62,899 nt of DNA, taken from the NCBI GenBank assembly GCA_027493375.1, contig JAPVWO010000247.1:1-62899 (forward strand), read 5' to 3'. Position numbers and translations under genes: made by a program. This document shows positions 57,373-62,899 of this stretch, piece after piece. The stretch's first letter is position 1. Each line of letters starts with the position of its first letter. The notes beneath the pieces are model-generated. The model worked only from the letters and a program-made list of their open reading frames with translations, was not told the DNA's origin and ran no database searches. Source of the stretch: Candidatus Multivorans thiocomprendens. GTDB taxonomy: Bacteria; Acidobacteriota; Thermoanaerobaculia; Multivoradales; Multivoraceae.

Positions 57373-58086
57373 ATGGCTTCCGGGCCGCTGCTCGCGTTCG
57401 ACACCGGCTCGACCGTCGTCAGCGTCGCGCTCGCTCTACCCGACCGGGTCGACGCGCTCGCCACGCCTCAGGGCCGTTCGTCGCGAGAACTCATCGCGAT
57501 GATCGACGAGTTGCTGGCCCGCGCGGGCCTCGCAGCCCGGGACCTGGGAGGGATCGGGGCAGCCCGGGGTCCGGGCAGCTTCACCGGCCTGCGGGTCGGA
57601 CTGGCCACCGCGATCGGCCTGCACCAGGCCTCCGGAGTGCGCGCGGGCGCGGTTTCCACCTTTGAGGTCCTGGCCAGCCACTACGCCGAGCGCGCGGCCA
57701 CGCCCGAGCCGGTGGTCCTGGCGGTCGTCGATGCACATCGAGACCGCTGGTTCGTCCGGCGCATGCGAGTGGGAACGGACGGCACGGTTCAGGCCGACGG
57801 TCCACCCGGGATCAAGAGCCGCGCCGAGCTGGGGCGAAGCGCTCTTCCTGTCGTCGGCCACGGCGCGGCCGCGCTGGAGGTTCCGGCCGGCGCGGTCGAA
57901 GCGACGGAACTTGCCCCGAGCATGCTGCGCCTGATGCGAAGCCGTGACTTTCCCCGGGATCCCGCGACGCTCGTCGAACCCCTCTACCTGCGCCCGCCCG
58001 CGACGAGTCCGCCCAAGCTGGTACGCTCGAAGCAGGCCCCGCGGAAAGGCACCGGACGACCACGAAGGGAGGCGCGCACCGAATGA
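57373..58086 (+). CDS. tsaB: tRNA threonylcarbamoyladenosine biosynthesis protein TsaB
   Basis: LLAFDT, GPGSFTGLRVG, VVDA, EPLYLR. Confidence 0.9.
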   Translation: MASGPLLAFDTGSTVVSVALALPDRVDALATPQGRSSRELIAMIDELLARAGLAARDLGGIGAARGPGSFTGLRVGLATAIGLHQASGVRAGAVSTFEVLASHYAERAATPEPVVLAVVDAHRDRWFVRRMRVGTDGTVQADGPPGIKSRAELGRSALPVVGHGAAALEVPAGAVEATELAPSMLRLMRSRDFPRDPATLVEPLYLRPPATSPPKLVRSKQAPRKGTGRPRREARTE

Positions 58087-58310
58087 GCGATGACGCAGTC
58101 AAGGAAGAACTTCTGGCGCAGGAGGGCGAGTTCAAGAAGCTCTACGAGGAGCATCAGGCCTGTGAGAGTCAACTTGAGGAACTGGTCGGCCGCCCCGTCC
58201 TCTCGCCGACGGATCAGTCCGAGGCCAAGCGCATCAAGCTCCACAAGCTCGCTCTCAAGGACCGCATGGAGTCGATCATCCGGTCCCACGCCCTTCAAGC
58301 GGCCAGCTAA
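58083..58310 (+). CDS. DUF465/YdcH-like small coiled-coil protein
   Basis: EFKKLYEEH..E..L and KRIKLHKLALKD pattern. Confidence 0.8.
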   Translation: MSDDAVKEELLAQEGEFKKLYEEHQACESQLEELVGRPVLSPTDQSEAKRIKLHKLALKDRMESIIRSHALQAAS

Positions 58311-58370
58311 GAGCCCCGAACCCGTCGCGGGCTTCCTGTTTGGCCCCTGGCCCCCAACCCGGTTGAACGG

Positions 58371-59069
58371 ATGAGATTCGCTCGGGAGGCTTGGCCGTTC
58401 GTGCTGCCGTTCCTGGCCGCGGCGGCCGTGTTCTGGCCCCTTGGATGGCACGTCGCCGCGGGCACGGTGGCCGTCCTCGGCGTGCTGGTTCTCCTCTTCT
58501 TCCGCGATCCCACGCGGAACTACGAGGGACCGCCCGACGTCGTCCTGTCTCCCGCCGAGGGAACGGTGATCGCCGTGGAGGTGATCACCGACAGCGCCCT
58601 CGGGGACGAAGCCTGGCGACGCATCTCGATCTTCCTGTCCGTCTTCAACGTCCATACCCAGAAAACGCCGGTCGAGGGCGTGGTGATCGGCAGCATCGCG
58701 ACACCGGGGAAGAAGCTGCCCGCCTTCCGCAAGGAGGCGGGCGATGTGAACGAGAACCACCTCACCCTGCTGCGCCGGTCCCAGGGCGATCTCATCGCGG
58801 TGCGCCAGATCGCCGGTCTCGTGGCCCGGCGCGTCGTCGCGCAACTCCAGGCCGGTCAGCGCGTGATCCAGGGTGAGCACCTCGGCCTGATCAAGTTCGG
58901 CTCCCGCGTCGACGTGTTCGTGCCGCTGTCCTACGACCCCCTGGTCGAGAAGGGCCAGCGCGTGATCTCCGGCGAGACGCCGCTCGCCATGCCCACGGAC
59001 CCCTCGACGCCGCCGCCGGAGGACCTTCCGGTCCGCCGACCCGCGGTCCGAACAGGAGACGGATCATGA
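58371..59069 (+). CDS. psd: Phosphatidylserine decarboxylase proenzyme
   Basis: [37 protein letters not shown] cleavage motif. Confidence 0.93.
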   Translation: MRFAREAWPFVLPFLAAAAVFWPLGWHVAAGTVAVLGVLVLLFFRDPTRNYEGPPDVVLSPAEGTVIAVEVITDSALGDEAWRRISIFLSVFNVHTQKTPVEGVVIGSIATPGKKLPAFRKEAGDVNENHLTLLRRSQGDLIAVRQIAGLVARRVVAQLQAGQRVIQGEHLGLIKFGSRVDVFVPLSYDPLVEKGQRVISGETPLAMPTDPSTPPPEDLPVRRPAVRTGDGS

Positions 59070-59836
59070 ACTGGAAGCCCCGCAAGCCGAGACCGTTGCG
59101 GGCCGGGGCCTACGTGATCCCCAGCCTGTTCACGACCGCGAACATGCTGCTCGGCTTCTACGCTTTGCTGGCGGGTCTCGAGGGGCAGTTCCAGGCCGCC
59201 GTGCTCATGCTGTTCGCCGCGGCCTGCCTCGACACGCTGGACGGCCGGATCGCCCGTCTGACCGGTACCGCGAGCCCCTTCGGCAGGGAGTACGACTCGC
59301 TGGCCGACCTGGTGTCCTTCGGCCTGGCCCCGGCGTTGCTCTGCTACCTCTGGGGCCTCCACGAGCTCGGCCGCGTGGGCTTCGCGGCGCCGGCCGTCTA
59401 CCTGCTCTGCAACGCCGCTCGCCTGGCCCGCTTCAACGTCAGCCGCCGCACGGCCGACCCCGCCTACTTCATCGGGCTGCCGGCGCCGGCCGCCGCGGGG
59501 GCGATCGGCTCGATCCTCTTCTTCGTCGACACCCGGGGCGACTCCTTCCTTCTCCAGATCGTCGTTCTGTCCGCCCTGGTCGCGGTCGGCCTCCTCGCCG
59601 TCTCCACCTTCCGCTACGTCAGCTTCAAGGAGATCGACTTCCGGCGGCGGCGGAGTTTTCGGGTGGTTCTCGTCATCGCCTCGATCGCCGTGCTTGCGCT
59701 GATCCACATCGGTGTCTTCTTCCTGGTCGGGGCGGCCAGCTACGCGCTCTCCGGGCCGACCGCGTGGGTCGTTCGCCGCCTCAAGAGACGCCGCCAGGCG
59801 ATCCGTCTTCGCGCTGCTACGCTCCGCGGCCGATGA
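59066..59836 (+). CDS. pssA: CDP-diacylglycerol--serine O-phosphatidyltransferase
   Basis: [41 protein letters not shown]; adjacent to psd. Confidence 0.9.
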   Translation: MNWKPRKPRPLRAGAYVIPSLFTTANMLLGFYALLAGLEGQFQAAVLMLFAAACLDTLDGRIARLTGTASPFGREYDSLADLVSFGLAPALLCYLWGLHELGRVGFAAPAVYLLCNAARLARFNVSRRTADPAYFIGLPAPAAAGAIGSILFFVDTRGDSFLLQIVVLSALVAVGLLAVSTFRYVSFKEIDFRRRRSFRVVLVIASIAVLALIHIGVFFLVGAASYALSGPTAWVVRRLKRRRQAIRLRAATLRGR

Positions 59837-60786
59837 CGACCGTTCCGTCCGCCTCTCCAGACGACCACCGACTGACGATCCTCGGATCGGGACCCGCGGG
59901 ACTCACCGCGGCCCTGTACGCCGCACGCGCCGATCTCTCGCCGCTGGTTCTCGAGGGCAGCCAGCCGGGCGGGCAACTGACGATCACGACCGATGTCGAG
60001 AATTACCCGGGCTTCCCGAAGGGGATCATGGGGCCCGAGCTGATCGACCAGATGCGGGAGCAGGCCCAGCGCTTCGGCGCCGATACCCGCTTCGAGACGG
60101 GCCTTGGCGTGGACCTGAGCGAGCGGCCGTTCCGGCTCCAGACGGACGGCGGCAAGTACCGGACGGACGCACTGATCATCGCCACCGGCGCCTCGGCCCG
60201 CCAACTGGGTCTGGCATCGGAAGCGGAGCTGATGGGCTACGGCGTATCGGCCTGCGCCACCTGCGACGGCTTCTTCTTCCGGGACAAGGAGCTCGTCGTC
60301 GTCGGCGGCGGCGACACGGCGATGGAAGAGGCCACCTTCCTGACGAAGTTCGCCAGCAAGGTGACGATCGTGCATCGCCGCGGCGAGCTGCGTGCCTCGA
60401 TCATCATGCGCGAACGCGCGGCCGCGAACGAGAAGATCGACTGGCGCTTCTTCGCCACGGTGGAAGAGATCCACGGTTCCCAGGCGGAGGGCGTCAGCGG
60501 GGTCCGCCTCCGCGACACCCGCACGGGCGAGGAATCGGACTTCTCCTGCCAGGGCGTCTTCATGGCGATCGGCCACAACCCGAACACCGAGCTGTTCCGC
60601 GGCAAGCTGGCCATGGACGATGTCGGCTACCTCAGGGTCCGCCATCCGGGCACGGCAACGGACATCGACGGCGTCTTCGCCTGCGGCGACGTGATGGACC
60701 CGATCTACCGGCAGGCTGTCACCGCCGCCGGCACCGGCTGCCAGGCGGCGATCGACGCGGAGCGCTGGCTGAGCGAGGCGCACTGA
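59833..60786 (+). CDS. trxB: Thioredoxin reductase
   Basis: [35 protein letters not shown]; ATG 59833. Confidence 0.97.
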   Translation: MTTVPSASPDDHRLTILGSGPAGLTAALYAARADLSPLVLEGSQPGGQLTITTDVENYPGFPKGIMGPELIDQMREQAQRFGADTRFETGLGVDLSERPFRLQTDGGKYRTDALIIATGASARQLGLASEAELMGYGVSACATCDGFFFRDKELVVVGGGDTAMEEATFLTKFASKVTIVHRRGELRASIIMRERAAANEKIDWRFFATVEEIHGSQAEGVSGVRLRDTRTGEESDFSCQGVFMAIGHNPNTELFRGKLAMDDVGYLRVRHPGTATDIDGVFACGDVMDPIYRQAVTAAGTGCQAAIDAERWLSEAH

Positions 60787-60886
60787 TCGCCGAGAGGACA
60801 GGGCGTCGGGAATATGCACCGCTTCGCGTAGACTGCCTGCCGCTCCCGGCGAGACAAACGAGGACCGACAAGAACGGGGAACGCGG

Positions 60887-62005
60887 ATGACCGAACGAAA
60901 CCGCAGGGACTTCCTGGGCACGGCCGCTCTGGCCGGCGCCGGCGCCGTCGCCGCCTGCGGCGGAGCCGAATCCGCCGCCTCCGACGGCGCTCCCGGCGTC
61001 GTCGCAAGGCCCCGCCTGACCTGGCGCCTGGCCTCCAGCTTCCCGCGCGGCCTGGACACGATCTTCGGCGCCTCGGAGGTCTTCGCCAACCGGGTCGAGA
61101 GCCTGACCGAGGGCCGCTTCCGCGTGCGCGCCTACCCCGCCGGCGAACTGGTTCCTGCCCTGGGCGTGCTCGACGCCGTCCAGCAGGGCACGATCGAGCT
61201 CGGCCACAGCGCTACCTACTACTACACCGGCAAGAACCCGGCGCTCGCCTTCGACACGGCGATGCCGTTCGGCCTGATGGCGCGCCAGCAGAACGCCTGG
61301 CTCTACCACGGCGGCGGCCTGGAGTTGATGCGCGAAGTGTTCGCCGATTTCGACATCGTCAACTTCCCCTGCGGCAACACCGGCTGCCAGATGGGCGGCT
61401 GGTTCCGCCGCGAGGTGAACACGCTGGCGGAGCTGCGCGGGATCAAGATGCGCATTCCCGGCCTCGGCGCCGAGGTCCTGAGTCGCCTGGGCGTCACCGT
61501 CCAGACCATTCCCGGCGGCGAGATCTACCCGGCGCTGGAGCGCGGCGTCGTCGACGCGGCGGAGTGGATCGGCCCCTACGACGACCTGAAGCTCGGCTTT
61601 CAGCGGGTGGCGAAGAACTACTACTACCCCGGGTGGTGGGAACCGGGGCCGACGCTTTCGCTCTACGTCAACCGCACCGCCTGGGACTCGCTGCCCTCCG
61701 AGTACCAGGCGATCGTCGCCGCCGCCGCGGCCGAGACGAACATCGACATGACCGCCCGCTACGACGCCCAGAACCCCGGCGCCATGCGGACCCTGGTGGA
61801 AGAAGGCGTGACGCTGCGGCCGTTCTCGGACGAAATCATGACCGGCTGCCGGGACACCGCCTTCGAACTGATGAACGAGAACGCGGCGGCCGACTCCGGT
61901 TACCGGAAGATCTTCGAGTCCTGGGACGAGGCCCGGCAGTCGGCCTTCCGCTGGTTCAGCACCGCCGAGCAGGCGTACGCGCGGTTCTCCTTCGGCGGCG
62001 GCTGA
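60887..62005 (+). CDS. TRAP transporter substrate-binding protein (DctP/TakP type), Tat-exported
   Basis: NRRDFL twin-arginine motif; GNTGCQMGGWF, KMRIPG, AEWIGPYDD, YYYPGWWE. Confidence 0.92.
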   Translation: MTERNRRDFLGTAALAGAGAVAACGGAESAASDGAPGVVARPRLTWRLASSFPRGLDTIFGASEVFANRVESLTEGRFRVRAYPAGELVPALGVLDAVQQGTIELGHSATYYYTGKNPALAFDTAMPFGLMARQQNAWLYHGGGLELMREVFADFDIVNFPCGNTGCQMGGWFRREVNTLAELRGIKMRIPGLGAEVLSRLGVTVQTIPGGEIYPALERGVVDAAEWIGPYDDLKLGFQRVAKNYYYPGWWEPGPTLSLYVNRTAWDSLPSEYQAIVAAAAAETNIDMTARYDAQNPGAMRTLVEEGVTLRPFSDEIMTGCRDTAFELMNENAAADSGYRKIFESWDEARQSAFRWFSTAEQAYARFSFGGG

Positions 62006-62077
62006 GCGCCGCTGGACCGCTGGCGAGGCGGTCCATGACTCCTCGAACCACTACGGACTAACATCCCGCGCTGCAAA

Positions 62078-62786
62078 GTGAGTGAGATAGGGAGGGGAAC
62101 AGCGGGTTCGCGCCGACGCTACACCGCAGGCGCGCTATTCTGCGGCATGGGCGGTTTCGCTTCAGGCATGGACCGGGAGGGCTTCGCCTTGCGCTGGGCT
62201 ACCGACTCCGACGCGGCCGCCTGCGCCACGTTTCACCACCGCTTCCCTGACGTCCCCGTGCTTGAGAGGGATGTGGCCGATCTCTCCGTGGCCGTCGATC
62301 AGCTCGAGCCTGTCGATGTCCTGACGGCCGGCTTTCCGTGCCAGAGCTTCTCGCAAGCCGGCGACCGGCGGGGCTTCGACGATCCGCGTGGCAGGACGTT
62401 CCTTGAGATCATTCGCCTTGTTGGTGAATTCACGGGGGCAGATAGGCCCCGGCTCCTCCTTTTGGAGAACGTCCCGCATCTCCTCCACGGTGCCGGAGGC
62501 GCCTGGTTCGACCGAGTGCGGCGTGAGTTGAGGCGTGCCGGCTATTGGTTTCGGCAGTCTGCGTGCTGGGTGGCCAACGTGAAGGATGAAACCGCTCTTC
62601 CTCAGGACCGTGAGCGCCTGTTCATGGTGGCCGCTTCAAGGCACCACTTCAGTTTCAACCCATTCATGCCTCCGCCAGACCGTCCGGAAAGCGCCCAGTC
62701 CGAATCGTCCGCCAAGCGGAACGGAAGGCACGGCCTGGATGAGTTCGTCGACCGGCGCAGCCCCCGAGAATCCTCCGAGTATCTTT
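62078..62786 (+). pseudogene. DNA (cytosine-5) methyltransferase interrupted by an IS
   Basis: Motifs I (LFCGMGG), IV (GFPCQSFS), VI (ENV) and VIII (QDRER) are present; TRD and motifs IX/X are absent; the frame runs into the IS end and stops at 62818. Confidence 0.85.
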
Positions 62787-62899
62787 GGCTCTTTCAAAGA
62801 ATGGCTCTTCAGGATTGATGGTGGAGATGGCGTAGTCTGGCGGTATGCGTGACACAGACTTGTACGGTCGGATTCTCGGCATCGAGAGTCCTTGGGAGG
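62787..62899 (+). mobile_element. ISL3-family insertion sequence, left end
   Basis: Starts GGCTCTT (typical ISL3 IR start) after AT-rich GTATCTTT; followed by a transposase N-terminus. Confidence 0.8.
62845..62899 (+). CDS. ISL3-family transposase N-terminus (truncated by the window)
   Basis: MRDTDLYGRILGIESPWE, matching the L..ILG...PW start of ISL3 transposases; too short for the ORF track. Confidence 0.75.
   Translation, partial: MRDTDLYGRILGIESPWE

Overview
A high-GC bacterial chromosomal segment made almost entirely of core genes. Gene style and order (prs-rplY-pth-rpsF-rpsR-rplI, TolC, FecR-DUF6600, NtrY-like kinase) suggest Acidobacteriota, but that is inference only. Both ends run into insertion sequences: a DDE transposase 3' end on the left, and on the right an ISL3-like element that interrupts a C5 DNA methyltransferase. 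The window holds six tRNAs (Leu-CAA, Leu-TAA, Cys-GCA, Gly-GCC, Gly-CCC, Gln-TTG) and RNase P RNA. Protein genes cover replication/repair (dnaB, recG, uvrBC, mutS, ssb, scpAB, HU), translation (cysS, def, pth, dtd, tsaB, ribosomal proteins), envelope (alr, PBP1A, LD-carboxypeptidase, lspA, psd-pssA) and transport (TolC, SulP, FeoAB, MscS, membrane pyrophosphatase, TRAP DctP). I found no CRISPR array, prophage or clear multi-gene novel system. The best leads are: two genes whose conserved N-termini are reachable only from SD-preceded CTG codons; a lipoprotein in the exact lolB position (TPR-X-ispE-tRNA-Gln-prs); a K+-dependent membrane PPase inserted in the ribosomal protein cluster; recurring overlapping bidirectional -10 elements with near-leaderless starts; and the IS-inactivated methyltransferase at an island junction. 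Family assignments come from motif recognition by eye, not database searches.
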